A DNA stretch of 63,671 nt, filler included, from Basidiobolus ranarum (Eukaryota): assembly GCA_040143965.1 (NCBI GenBank). It is 23 parts of 23 records of this genome, joined end to end, with 100 filler letters (N's around TTAATTAATTAA, not from the genome) between each part and the next. Parts side by side here need not be neighbours in the genome. Positions count along the whole stretch, not along the records: positions 11,138 to 13,819 come from JASJQH010009950.1; positions 13,920 to 16,600 come from JASJQH010009951.1; positions 16,701 to 19,377 come from JASJQH010009952.1; positions 19,478 to 22,154 come from JASJQH010009953.1; positions 22,255 to 24,929 come from JASJQH010009954.1; positions 25,030 to 27,704 come from JASJQH010009955.1; 17 more parts are not named here. One strand, given 5' to 3'. How positions within the stretch are numbered: the first letter of the stretch is position 1; each line of letters starts with the position of its first letter. The position numbers and the translations under genes are program-made. The notes under the pieces are model-generated. The model saw only the letters and a program-made list of their open reading frames with translations, did not search any database and was not told the DNA's origin. Below, piece after piece: positions 12,041 through 25,386 of this stretch.

Positions 12041-13819
12041 TGCATTACATCTGTTACTGATTTTGCTGATACATTGTTAATTAGATTAGCATACAGTAAT
12101 ACTGACTATTTCACAAGGAGCTTCATTTCAGCACAGATGCACTCCATTGGGAACTCTCAGAGTATAGAGCTAGGGCCAATAGTCACCAAGCATTGAGAAG
12201 AATACAGCAAGGAATGTATTGAATACTGGCTTGGATTCATTCTATCATCTTTAAACCTGTAATAGAGTTGTTCATATCCCATTACAAAAATTTTGCACAG
12301 TCACTGTATCTGCCTGATATCTGCCAATGTGAGTTGATACCATCAAAATATATTAACAAAACTGCAAACAACTCCCAATGTTGCCAATACTTATCAGGCA
12401 GAAATCTTTTCAAGAATCCACATGAATATATATAAATCCAATACTTCCAGTCTTTGCATTTGAATAAACACCTAGATGAGTGGGTATTAATGGGAGTCCT
12501 GGTAAAATATGATGGAGACTTGATGTTTCCAAGCACTTTCCCAATCAATTCAAACATTGATCCTGTCTTGAATGGCTCATTCATATTGAATTTTCCACCC
12601 TATAGCCAAGTAAGTAGTATTGGAATGTTGTTGAATAGTAAGTGCATAGTGCCTAATGGGAAGCTCTGGCTCCAGCTGATCCCCTTTAGAAATATAATCT
12701 TAGGCTTATGGCTAATATCAAGTTTGATGTTGGACTGACCATTTGGTGAATTGATATCAGTGATCCTGTTAAATCTGACCAGGCTTGTGATGGTAAATTG
12801 ATAGAGTTTAGTGTTGTATTTGGATAGTAGCAATGTGTATGCCTGATAGAGTAAACTCCATTGATTCAACAAAATCTACAGCAAGATAGTGCATGGTGCC
12901 CATGAAAACCTCCAAGTTTACTGATGGCAGGATTGTCACCAATACATACAATGATATTAGCTTTAAAAAAATATTCACCCATCTGGACCCCATTGGATAA
13001 CCATTCAAATTCCACAATCAATGGCTATTTGGTAAAAGTTTAAGAAAATCAATAAACACCTGGTTGCTAAGATTGGATTGAACTCTCCACTCCTCAATAA
13101 TCAAAGCTGCTTCCTTAGCAGTAAGTGTAATGATTGGACTAATGTTTGCCAATAACAAAGAGTCTGTAACAAAACCATTGTCTTCTTCTTCAACTTCTGA
13201 TATACTACCATTGGTACTGGGATAACCAAGGTCAACATCTAACAGAAAGTCCTCAAATTTGTCTGGACTCACTGGTTTGACCAAAGTTGTATTTGTACCT
13301 AAATCATTCTGGTCATATAACTGTGGTAACTCCATGGTATCTTGACTTTTGGCAGTGTTACCAAAACTTTGAGGCAAACTACAGTCAGTGGACTCAATAG
13401 GCAAAACTAAAGTCAATTTAGTGCACTTATTACTGTTGTTATACACCAGGATTTGTGCAGCTGGCAGCTTTGTACAGTGACTGTGCTTGTGATTATTTTT
13501 TCTATGAAGCCTCTGGCTTTCATAGCACAAGAATTTGCAACAATAATAGCAGGGCTTCTTTAAATGTTTGTGTTGCGGCATGAGAAGGATATTGTAGAAA
13601 AAAGAACACCTCCCACGTAAGGGTGGTATTTTAGGTATAGCCCATCAATATCATCAGCTGATTCTGAGACGGTGTCACAGATGAGTCATCAGGGGATTTA
13701 CAAGATATTTCCGGTAATGGATGGCAATTTTGGTTTATTATAAGCTGTTTCTAAGCAATTTCATTACACCAAGTTTACCATCTGAAAATTTCAATGCCAT
13801 TCAAAAAGTGTTCAAAATC
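12041..13819 (-). mobile_element. CMC/EnSpm element: internally deleted transposase, divergent intergenic region, ORF2 start
   Basis: MPQHKHLKKPCYYC start at 13581; SFPLGTMHLLFNNI and FKCKDWKYW motifs; deletion junction near 13018. Confidence 0.85.
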
Positions 13820-14904
13820 NNNNNNNNNNNNNNNNNNNNNNNNNNNNNNNNNNNNNNNNNNNNTTAATTAATTAANNNNNNNNNNNNNNNNNNNNNNNNN
13901 NNNNNNNNNNNNNNNNNNNATTTTATCTAGCGCTAAATACTACTGACAAGTGATGGAGGGTATAGTATCAAGATATAGTAATTAGAAAATACTTAAAGTA
14001 GAGTTAGTTTATTAAGTTCCAAGGACTATTAATAAATGATGAAGAATATGGCAATGGGAAACACTAAAGAGATAGTCTACCAAGAAAGGGTATGGTGCCA
14101 GGAATCAATGAGTATATAAAGTGCAAAAGCCTATTGACAAATAGCAAATGGAATGGTGCAATGAAATGACAAGTATAAGAAACATTTAAAGAAAGGCTAT
14201 AAAGTGCAAAAGCGTGCTGATTAATTAATGTAACAATCCCTATTTTTGCAAACTTTCAGAACAGTTTGTCATACTAACAAAATGTAAGCAAGATGATAGC
14301 CCAGATGACACAATTAGAAATTTGATTCTTACAAATGATGTAAAGGTACCTGAGCCCACTCATGAAGCAGCATCTACATATAGACCAACAACATCATCTT
14401 CTATTTTAACAACCATGATTACAATTATTAAACCAAAAAATAATATTAAAATAATAACAAATGATACAAAAAGTGGAAAATTGTATATATTTTCTGGTGT
14501 AATAAAAAGTATAGTTGAATTAATAAACCATATTATATAACAATAGATCTTTTAAAAATTTATATTAAATGCAAACTGAAAATAGGGATGCATAAAAGGT
14601 CTTTTGTTGGCAAAGTTTTTACTCACAATATGACTCAAAGCAATTGTCTGAAATTAATATTTATATTAGCATAATCATCTTTACTGGGATATTATGCCAG
14701 TGATTAAATAATGATGGTGCCAAGAAACAGCAGGTATATTTAAGACTAAAAGGAGAGCTTACAAAGAGCCTAACACTACCAACAAATGATAAAGCATATA
14801 GTGCCAAAAAACCACTAGTACGAAAAACATTTAAACCAATGCTTACATATTAGTAATATATACTCAGAGTTTATGAATGGTAAGGTGATGCACAACAAGG
14901 TGTA

Positions 14905-15281
14905 TATTGGGAAAATATGGGCTGTTTGGAAGAACTTTAGAAAAGTGGAGTTGTGAATAACTTTGCGAGATAATTATTTATTGTCCAGAAATGAAGCATT
15001 TATTCATTTTGGTGGAAATACAGAAAACCAACACTGGGGTTGTGTTCAGAACATCTGTGGGAGTAAAATGTGCTATCTTTGGGACAATTTGGACAAGTTT
15101 GAAATTTCCAATATGGAATTGCTCATTCTCACATTATTCACATATATATATAATATATGATCTGATTTGCAGTTAAGTGATATTTTATAAGTAAACTTAA
15201 CTAACTTATATATGATAAATGAAATAGTTAGGTGTATATATACAGAGATAACAAATATGATAAAGACAATAAACTTCAACA
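14905..15281 (-). repeat. Copia LTR, family B (probable solo LTR)
   Basis: Full-length match to 61713-62089; TSD not clean. Confidence 0.85.
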
Positions 15282-16700
15282 AGGTATAGGAAACATTTAA
15301 AGAGCAGTCTATGAGAAACAAAAGACCACTGACAACAGACAAAGGGTGTGGTGGCACTTAAGTAAACAAGTGGTTATGGAAACACTTAAAGTGAAGTTTA
15401 CTAAGTTTTCAAGAAAATCAAATGAAGATGAAGAGTTTGTTGGTGACAAACAATGAACATGAAAACACTTAAAAAAAAGTTTACATAGTGTGAAAAGTCA
15501 CCACTAAGTGACAAAGAATATGGTGCCAAGAGAGAATTGGTGTACAGAGCATTTATGGCAGAGTGATTAAAGTGCCACTGATTACTATCCAATAATAAAA
15601 GTTACAGTACCTAGAAACATTGGAGATGGGAAGCATTTGAGGCTGAGTTTAGCCAAGCTATTTGCATAAGTTCAACTCTGAACTCACAAAGATACTTGTA
15701 AAACTAGTAGTGTCACACAGCTTGCTTATCTTACAAAAATATCCTGAATACAAGACAAGTCACACCTTGGCAACTAACAGTTGTGAAGTTCTTTACTTCA
15801 TGCCCTAGTTCAAACTAGAAGACTTTGAAATTACCAAATATGTTTCAACTAAATGGATAAAGCAACTAAATGAATAATTGGTGAAGCGATAGCTGAAGGT
15901 TGCTAATCAAATGACATCCTTGGAAACTTACAGCTCTGCTCCTCAATTAACTCTGAGTGCTAGGAATCTCTTCAAATTTGATGGATCATTACTACATTGG
16001 AAATCAATATATATATATATTTACAGTGCTTCTACTTCCCAGAAGAGGCCAGCTGACAAGTTTGGGAATAAATCCTTCCAGCACCATTAAAGGTGTTTTA
16101 AGTTTCTGCAATGAAAAATGTCCCCTAGATCTGGGAGCTTTCATAGGTCCAACTACTTCCTTGATCTGATCATAAAGTCTCACACTGCTTGAGCAATTCC
16201 AGTCTCTCTTAGAAATATTTTATCTGCACATGTTGGTTGTAATCAACTACGGCTATTGATATATTCCTCAACATAGGTTTTGTCAGAAGGGTGCTGCATG
16301 GTGTTGACAAAGTGATTGGTGCCACCCAATTCCTCACTCATATTAAGGTTGCATGTCATTGTTTATTACTAAATGCACCTAGTGGTGCCCTCAAAGAATT
16401 CTTGAATCATTATTCTGTTGGCTAGAAGGATGTATGTATATTTTCCCAAAGAAATATTGATCAATTCCTTCCTCACAAGGTTGAGTTCTTTTTTGCAGGC
16501 TGGTTGATTGAACATGTTGAAGTCAATAGTGTGCAACAATTTCTCTGCAGGGACTGAAGACTCAGAACTGGGATCATATCTACAAATATTCTATATCTCA
16601 NNNNNNNNNNNNNNNNNNNNNNNNNNNNNNNNNNNNNNNNNNNNTTAATTAATTAANNNNNNNNNNNNNNNNNNNNNNNNNNNNNNNNNNNNNNNNNNNN

Positions 16701-17112
16701 TTCCAAATGTGGCTTCCAATTCAGCAAGAAAGGCAAGGAAGTTTGAAAGAAGTGGAGATTGACTTTCCATCAAAGGAGCAAACTAAGATAGAACTGTTCC
16801 TGATAATAGTGTTCCCACTAAGCCTACTTTTGTTTGGCCAGAGGGGTAGCAATGGGGATGGAACTGGATGATGAGTTTTACTTGGTTAATAAAACCATAA
16901 TAGTTTTGGTAAGTGCCATCAAACTTATTTGGTAAGGAGATTTTGGGTTCAGTAGTTGGATTTGCAATTATCTAATATTAAAAGAGTTCTATTTGCAGTA
17001 GATCAGTATGCTGGGATCTGAATCATGACAGAGTGAGACTGAAAGATATACCCCAGACTGCCATTGGGTCAAGATATGGACACTATGACTATCTTTTCAT
17101 GAGTTGGCCACA
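16701..17112 (-). mobile_element. Ty3/gypsy gag fragment (PEG10/RTL1-like capsid start)
   Basis: The minus strand reads PKISLPNKFDG...GFINQVKLIIQFHP..YP...KVGLVGTLLSG...FAPLME..SPLL..F.AF..ELEATFG. Confidence 0.75.
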
Positions 17113-17848
17113 TAAAATAAGTCAAGAACCTTCTGAGTAGCACCCAGTCCTTGATCTTTCCACAATTGGCTCAAATCTTGGTGATTTTGGGCAAGATTTT
17201 GCACAGTTTTAAAGATGTTGAACCATTCATCATCAGAGCAGGTAACAGCAGCTCTGATATTGAGAGTAATTTAGTGTGCCGGTTTTCCTACCAGATTTCT
17301 ACATTTATTTGGCCAAGCAGTTTGGGTTGTTGTGCAGTCTTAATAGAACTGCTTCATTGGACCTGGTCAGATTGTGCTGCTTGATCCAGCCTGCTAGCAC
17401 ACTATCTGATGCACTCTGTCAGTTACCATGGCTAGGTCCCATAACACAGAATTGGACACTATCAGGAACAATATGGCACCATCCCACCATAATTGGATAT
17501 AATGATTATTTTGGAGTTTTTGTGCCGGCTTGTACCAAGTTACCTGGTTTAGTATTGGCACATTAAGATTTTAGGTAACCTATAACGCAAGTTCAGCACC
17601 TAGCTTGTAATTTACCAATTAGTGATTGTGTCACAATAAGCAGGTTATACTGTAACTAACCTGATCCAATGTATAACCAAGACATTCTCATGCTTTTAGG
17701 CCAATCATTTGGCTCTCACTCATAAAATATCTTGATCTTCAATTATGCCCAACAGCTCCTGCATTATGAAACACCAGTAGTTTTGTCACAATGGTGGCAA
17801 ATTACAGCACTTGATGATTGATCATGTTACTATTTAGTTGAAGAAGAG

Positions 17849-18195
17849 TGTTGAAATTAGCATTGCCTAAACACCTATACAGTCATATATAGCTTAGTAC
17901 TTGGTTATCTTAGAATTCACTGATATATGATCTATTATTCTCAATTGGAATTTAGTTAGAATATTTTTACCAACTTGGAAGTCTCAGATATAGAGATTCT
18001 TCAAACTTGTGCAGGAAGCCCCAAACTTTGCACACATGTTCTTGGGACCTTCTTTAACTCATTCCACATGTTTGTATACTTACATCCTGACAAAACTATT
18101 GATGTCAACTTTCCACTCAATAAATCAATAAGAGAAAATCACTTATTCCTCTAATTCTTCAAAGCACTTCCAACAGGTTCCCAAATACCTTAACA
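17849..18195 (+). repeat. Copia LTR, family C
   Basis: Homologous to 11659-12006; preceded by the purine run GAAGAAGAG (possible polypurine tract). Confidence 0.85.
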
Positions 18196-18641
18196 GAAAT
18201 AAGTATCCTGTTGTAGATCTCCTGTTCTCCTTATCTCCTCCCAAATTTGCATCTGAATATCCCATCAGATCAAAGTTTGATCCAAAATACAAGTATTTTA
18301 AGCACAGATTGGTAGTATATTTCAAATATCTGAAAAACCACTTAACTGCCACGATTTGATCAGATCCTTAATTTTGAAGATATTGGTGCCTAACTCACAC
18401 AGAATATGCAATATTTGACCATGCTCCAACCATGATATACATCAAGCTACCAACCATAGGTGAATCAGGAAATCTCTGGCTTTCATTCAAATCCAAAAAA
18501 TGTCTGATTTGTGCCATTTTTGGTGAAGTTGAGATTTGTCTCCATTGGGGCAGACATTGCATTATATTCTTCCATTTTAAACTTCTTTAGTATATCTAGG
18601 ATATACTTGGAGTGATTTAGAGTTATTGTTTTGGTAGTTCT
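18196..18641 (-). mobile_element. Decayed copia RT/RNase H
   Basis: AVKWFFRYLK, GYSDANLGGDKENRRSTTGYLF. Confidence 0.85.
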
Positions 18642-19377
18642 CCCTAATGGAAATTTGAGGATTGTTATTGTAGGAAAACCATCACAATTTTAATCCATTT
18701 GGGATTGAATGTTTATGTACCATCATATAATTATCAAGTAAGATTTGATTTTATAAATTTTTTCAGTTTCGGGGTGAAATTTCAAGATCACACAAAAGAG
18801 TTGCATATGATTGGCTACAATCTTGGCAAAATAGGGATCAATGAATGTGCAAAAAATGTTACTCAAATTTTACACATTTACCACTTGAATGCTAATTTGT
18901 CACCTTTGAAATTCCTAGTTTCTTTGATATATTCTCCTGAATACTTTTATACAGTTCTTCATACTCAAGGTTTAGCTCATATCCAATGTGAGTTTATATC
19001 AATACCTCCATCAAAGCCCACCATTGTATTAACATTGCTGAATCAACATTCTTCCAGATATCTGGTGGATACCCTGCAATATTGTGCCACTCTGTATTAA
19101 GTTCTTCCCAGATATCTGCATGGTCAGCACCAGACTGAATATCAAGTTGTATGTGGTTCTTCTGAAGCCACTTTCTGCATACTTGCAGTGAGTTTTTCTC
19201 TTCATACTTTTGAAAATACTCCTCAAGCACTTTGACTATTTTCATATGACCTTGTAGTGTGATACTACTGAGGGTGCTTTGTGGTGTTTGTGCAGCTTTT
19301 TGCTTGCCTTTAACTTTGGGGCTAATTTCAACACTTTGAAAAGTACCAGTTGAGGTTGGAGAGCCGTGAGTTTTATT
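18642..19377 (-). mobile_element. CMC/EnSpm terminus and ORF2 3' part
   Basis: Starts CCCTAATGGAAATTTGAGG; carries the ORF2 motif WHNIAGYPPD. Confidence 0.8.
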
Positions 19378-19477
19378 NNNNNNNNNNNNNNNNNNNNNNN
19401 NNNNNNNNNNNNNNNNNNNNNTTAATTAATTAANNNNNNNNNNNNNNNNNNNNNNNNNNNNNNNNNNNNNNNNNNNN

Positions 19478-21968
19478 TTATTGAGGAGTGGCAAGTTCTA
19501 TGCAATCTTAGCAACCAGGTTTTTATTGGTTTTCTTGCACTTTTATCACAGTTGATTGCAACTGTTGCTTGCCACAGACCTGGTACAAGTGGAAAAACTT
19601 GTCAATCATATGACTTATAATCCTTCAGTAATTAAACTACCTTCATGTCCAAATGGTTGTTTGGCTTTCACCGGTGATCTGAAAAACCTGAAGTCATGTA
19701 CTGTTTACACACAATTGGCAATCACTGACTTGGGTAAATATTGTTCATATTTGGCTTACATACTGTTGATTTCCCATCTTAAAGTTTTGATGAAATCACC
19801 CAAATATATATCATTGATCCAATACCAGAGTACTCACCATAAAGCTGATGGTATTACCAATATACTTGATGGATATCACTACCCCAATCCAAAAAGTCAA
19901 GGTTTCTTTGAGAATATGTATGATCATGCATTTGCATTTGCTGGATGGTTTCTTACTAAACAAATATACTGTTGGAAAGGATAGCTGGCCAATAATTTTA
20001 AATAACATGAATTTTCCTCCTTCTGAAGAGTATCAGAGTTAAAATATTTTGTGACTATCCTTCATATCTGGACCTGAATCACCAGTTCTTATATATAGCT
20101 TCCTGGAGTCTTTGCTTATGGAACTTGAATTGTTATCTAATGATGTTTAGATGGGTGAATACTTTCTTAAAGCTAAAATCTTTGTATGTATTGGTGACAC
20201 TCCTATTATAAATAAATTTGGAGGTTTTTGCAAGCTCAATGCACTATCATGCTATAGATTTTGTCCATTCAATGGAGTTTACTCTAGCAGGCTTATGCAT
20301 TACTACTATCCAAACATAACACTTATTGTCACAATTTTACCATTAAGAGCCCAGTCAGATTTCAACATGCTCACTGATATCAATTCACCAAATCATGAAT
20401 CTAATTTCAAACTTGGGATTAGCCCTGAGCCTAAGATAATATTACTAGAGGAGATCAGCTGGAGACAGAGCTCCCCATCAGGCACCATGCACTTACTTTT
20501 CAACAACATTCCAATACTACATACTCAGCTAAATAGTGGAAAATTCAATATGAATGAACCATTCAAGATGTGATCCACGTTTAAGTCAATTGGGAAATTG
20601 CTTGAAAAAGTCAAGCTACCATCATACTCTACTAGGACTCCCATTAATATCCACTCATCTAGGTGTTGATTTAAATGTGAAGACTGGAAGTAATGGACTT
20701 GTACATATTCAAGTGGACTCATGAAAAGATTTCAGCCTGATAAGTATTGGCAACATTGGGAGCTGATTGTGGATATTGCCAATATACTGTTATGGAGTTG
20801 ACTCAAATTGGCAAATCTCAGGCAGATACAGCAACTGTGCAAAGAATTTGTAATTTGATATGAAAACTTTATTACAGGTTTAAAGAAGATAGACTGAATC
20901 TATGCCACTATTCAACACATTGATTGCCATATCTTTTACAATGCTTAAAGATTATAGGCCCTTGCTATAAATTCTGTGAGTTCTCCATGAAGTACACCTG
21001 CTGTGCAATGATGCTCTGTGGCAAATTGACAGTAATACCATATACCAATCTGATCAACAATGTATCAACAAGATTACTGATGAATGTAATATAATGGGTT
21101 AAGGAGAAATCAAACTATATTGACCTTCCAACAAAGGGCTCTTTTCAATGTGCTCATGGGTTTTTGCATTGTTTGAGCACATTATCAGAAACAATACCAA
21201 ATTCATGAACTCAGAGTAAGTACCTCCATAATTTGGACCTATTTGTTTGTCTATAATCTGCTGGTATTTCTAGGAAAGCTACATGAAAGACTTCTTGGGG
21301 AGATATATTGAGATATGCAGTATTATTGCTTTCACCATGAAGTAATCTGTTCAAGCTATGACCATCTACTTGTGACAGGACATTTGTTGATAGCAAGTTG
21401 GGCATGTTTTGGTGGAATTCTTCATGGAAATTTGCCAATATCCAAGAGCATTTTCTCATTGTGAACAGTTGCTAGAGTCAGCTATTTGTCAAGCATTAGT
21501 GCTATTCAAAACTTCAGATATTTAGCAATTCTCCTACCATTAGTCAGCTGGTAGAGCATAGTGATGATGGTGAGTTATGTCTTAGCAGTCAAGTATGCTC
21601 ATATGTAGAGGCTAAATACAACAAGATTCTTGAATTTATTGACTCCCATTATGGCAGGAATACAAAGCCTAAAATATCTAAGTATGGCTTGCATATTAAT
21701 TTGAGTTTCTACAGCAGTAAACTTAGTAACTTACCATTTGAAAGTTAGTTTTTCACAAAAATTATTCAAAATTAAATAACTCATGTCAAATATGAGGACC
21801 AATATTTTGCCATGTATGAATACCACCCAATACCATCAAGAAGCCACCATCTCACTGTTAAAATCCCTGGCCAAATCTAAGCCACCTGTACTGTGACAGT
21901 TCTCTGATGGTTTTAAAATCCAGAAGGGTGGATCCAATCTGGATCTAATTGATCTTATTTTGTTAGGG
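19478..21968 (+). mobile_element. CMC/EnSpm (Tnp2/Transposase_21-like) transposase pseudogene running to the right terminus
   Basis: CPNGCLAFTG..C, WPIIL...PPSE, CIGDTP..K.GGF, and a DUF4218-like GP.....EF..E region. Ends in TTTTGTTAGGG. Confidence 0.85.
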
Positions 21969-23574
21969 CTGATATAATACCATCAGTACTGGAATATCCT
22001 AGATCAACATCTAGCAGCATGTCCCCAAAATTATTGGGACTTACAAGTTTGACCAAAGTTGAATTTCTACCTATTTCATTCTGATAGCTAGGCCTCTTTG
22101 AACATTTCTGTTGTGGCATGAGAAGGATATTGTAGAGAAATGTACTCCTCCAACNNNNNNNNNNNNNNNNNNNNNNNNNNNNNNNNNNNNNNNNNNNNTT
22201 AATTAATTAANNNNNNNNNNNNNNNNNNNNNNNNNNNNNNNNNNNNNNNNNNNNGGCAATAACTGGTCCCAACTCGTATGAACATCTACTTAAACCAACA
22301 CATGTCCATATATGTTCGAAGTAAGGGATTCCTATTCAATTGTTTGAGAACCCATTCCATTGGTTTAGATTCCCAACCACTCTCTGAAGTTTCCATAATA
22401 AACCACGTTGACGTATGTTAATAATTCTTCATCCGATGGGATTTGCTACTCATTTTATGGATTAATCGATCGATTGATTGATTTAAGAAATGGGATGGCT
22501 GATTTGTGGTACCCTAATTTGGACTAACTACATCGGATTATAGGGTGCCCATCCATTTGATTTACAAACTGACAAATATCAAATAGGGAACGAAAATGGA
22601 CAACATGTTAATGACGAAATGACTACGTGAATAATCCAATTTCCAATATAGGCTGTCGATGAGATAATTATTGATAATGGATAAATCCAAAGCATCCACC
22701 ATCATGCAACGTTCCAAATTCTATTACTTTTATGAGGTTAATGTAACTTTAACTTTCATTGTGAATTAATTCAGAAACTTCCATACTCCTTATATATTTA
22801 ATATTCACTGGGCTATCTTCAATTCCCTCATTGTGAGGTCATCCCCTGGTCCATTTCCTAATTTACTTTTAACAATGGTAGTGATCCACAATCTATGTGC
22901 TCCCGACCTACCTCCCTAATGTATAGCCCTAACCCAAATCTAGGCCAATAAAGTCACGCTCATCCACCGTGGTCTCACCAAATCCGGTTAGAGTGACGTA
23001 AAGATGACCTACTTAGATCTACTACAGAAATTCCATTTAACTGCGATGTTCCCTATATTTAAATTAGGTTACTCATTGTATCATCCTGACTGTGACCAGT
23101 CCATGTAAAAGATTTCAACTCAGGTCGTATTAGGTAGCACAATGACGCAATTATGACTTCATAGGAAAGAATAGGAAGAAAACGGCTATAAGAATCCTAT
23201 ACATAGACTCATTCCTAATCATCGTCAGCATTGAATACATTATTCATGCTTCACAGAATATTCATACTTCATTGGATTCTTGCTAAATATGTTGCGGTGA
23301 TTCCTATATACGCCATAAACAACTAGCTCTTGAATACCAAAGGATTTTTATTTTAGGGGAGAACAGTAGTGAAAGTGGAACGAAAAATTTAACCAATTGG
23401 GATTAACGTACTCAAAAAGTTAAGGGTCTAAGTTACAAAGCTAAAAAGTACACGCATTAATTATATACATGATAGGGTAGAGGAAGGTTATGACTTTTGA
23501 TAGAAACAATGAACAAAATGTACTAGAACTTTGACATGTGTGTGTAGCTCAGTGATGATAACAATGTATTGCTA

Positions 23575-24632
23575 TCAATCATCTCTTTGCTTCTTCCAAT
23601 GTTTCCTCATTTCTTTAAACTCTAAAAATTAAATCAATTAGAAAACCAGTTGAGAATTATCGTTATAAATATACACATACCATTGGGTAATCTCTTGATA
23701 CCATGTTTCTGCATCATAACATGTGCATTAAGATGGTTTAAAGTGCCATAGCTTTTGCTACATCCCTGCCAATTACACCTGTAGAGTCGCTCGATTTCAT
23801 CAAACTTTCTTCTTGGACGTTTCTTGCCGTTGATACCAGGTAAGGCAACAAACGAAAAGACCTTCTTTTCCTCGTCCTGTGAGTAGTTTGGATCAGGTGA
23901 GTGGCTCTCGTCATAGCGCGTGGGTGGGTGTGGGCTCTCAGCAGTAAGCTCCTGGGGAGACTGGTCACGTAGAATAATGGGTGGAAGCATATGGCTGGGT
24001 GAATTGGGCATTCCCGCGGTTAAAGGAGGTGACGCTAGTGAATAGCAGTTGCTGGCTGTGGTCAAGATACTATCTGTATTATGAGTATCATAAGCGAGAG
24101 ATGGTTTTCTTTGGCCATCGGTAAATATATTACTCAACGTTTCAGCAAGTGGAGGCAGTGAAGGACGGGGTGTAAGACTGCTAAAAGATTGAGCGAGGGA
24201 ATACTCATTCCGCTTAGGGCTATGATTCGAGGTATCCGAACCGATTTTGGGAAGATTATAGCAGGCTGAATCTAATGAAATACTCCTTGCTGGGGAGCCA
24301 CGTATATGGTCAGAATTCAGTGGGGAATTTATATGAGTTGAGTGGGTCGATGCGTTGTGTAATAATGGTGGGCTCTGAACATGATAGTTGTTCAATGATA
24401 GACTGGAAGTGGTTGGAATATGTGTGGCAACTTTGGTGTCCGAACTCTTTGCGAATTTGAAGAAAGGTAAAGTGTCGGGTAGAGGGAGTGGTGACGGTTG
24501 ATTGTAATAATCTATTCTATCACCATGATTCGAACGTCTTCGGTATTCGGAGTGAACCATAGAGGTTGACTTTGGCTCAGTACTGAAGTTGATACTGCTC
24601 CCATCATGTTGTTGAGTCGCGTGAAGAATCAT
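23575..24632 (-). CDS. CON7: CON7-family C2H2 zinc-finger transcription factor, about 332 aa; exons 24632-23681 and 23621-23575
   Basis: KRPRRKFDEIERLYRCNWQGCSKSYGTLNHLNAHVMMQKHG. A 59-nt GTATGT...TTTTAG intron restores the family tail PNEFKEMRKHWK. The N-terminus is Ser/Pro-rich. Confidence 0.85.
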
Positions 24633-25029
24633 AAAGGCCAATTGGGTCGATAGTTTATCTATAAAAATATGTAGCCAAAGGTTGGAAAGGAGAATGCGAA
24701 TGGGAGAATATCAAGGATGTGATCGGAAGACTTAACGGAATTTCAAACCCAGGGGGCGTTTATATATGAATGTTTGTCCACGTTATCACGGATTTAACAC
24801 CAATCCAAACCGAGAATAGTGCTCAACCTATGGTCACCGATATCACAGATCACGATCCATTTGGACTACACTTTACTAATGTGGTGAAATTTAGCGAATA
24901 TAAAGCAAACGACTCGGTAGACTTGACAGNNNNNNNNNNNNNNNNNNNNNNNNNNNNNNNNNNNNNNNNNNNNTTAATTAATTAANNNNNNNNNNNNNNN
25001 NNNNNNNNNNNNNNNNNNNNNNNNNNNNN

Positions 25030-25386
25030 TATCATAGTTACAGTCCTGAATAGCCTGTCACATATGTTTCAGAGCCAAGTAATGGCTCTTGAATCAATAA
25101 CTGATATTTTGACCTTGAATTATGTATTTGGCAGACTTCTGGATGAAGATTTTCACAAATTAGGATCCAACCAAATGAATGAAGAAAATGCTTTAATAGG
25201 CCACAGGAAACCTTCCTATATAGGCCAAAAGCACTTTACAAGAAAAGTAACACATTCTGTGATTACTATAAAAGAACTGGCCATTTAAGCAAAGATTACT
25301 TTGACAGAATTGCAAAAGAAGAAAAATGTACTGAATCTGGAAATGTGGTTACAACTGAAGATCACTTGTTCATATCTGCACTACCT
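25030..25386 (+). mobile_element. Decayed copia gag fragment
   Basis: VMALES...LTLNYVFGRLLDED, plus a zinc-knuckle remnant. Confidence 0.75.

Noticed and set aside
13920-16600. CpG-poor sequence around LTR-B that may be another decayed element
   Set aside because: I could not recover any diagnostic motif, so it is left unannotated.
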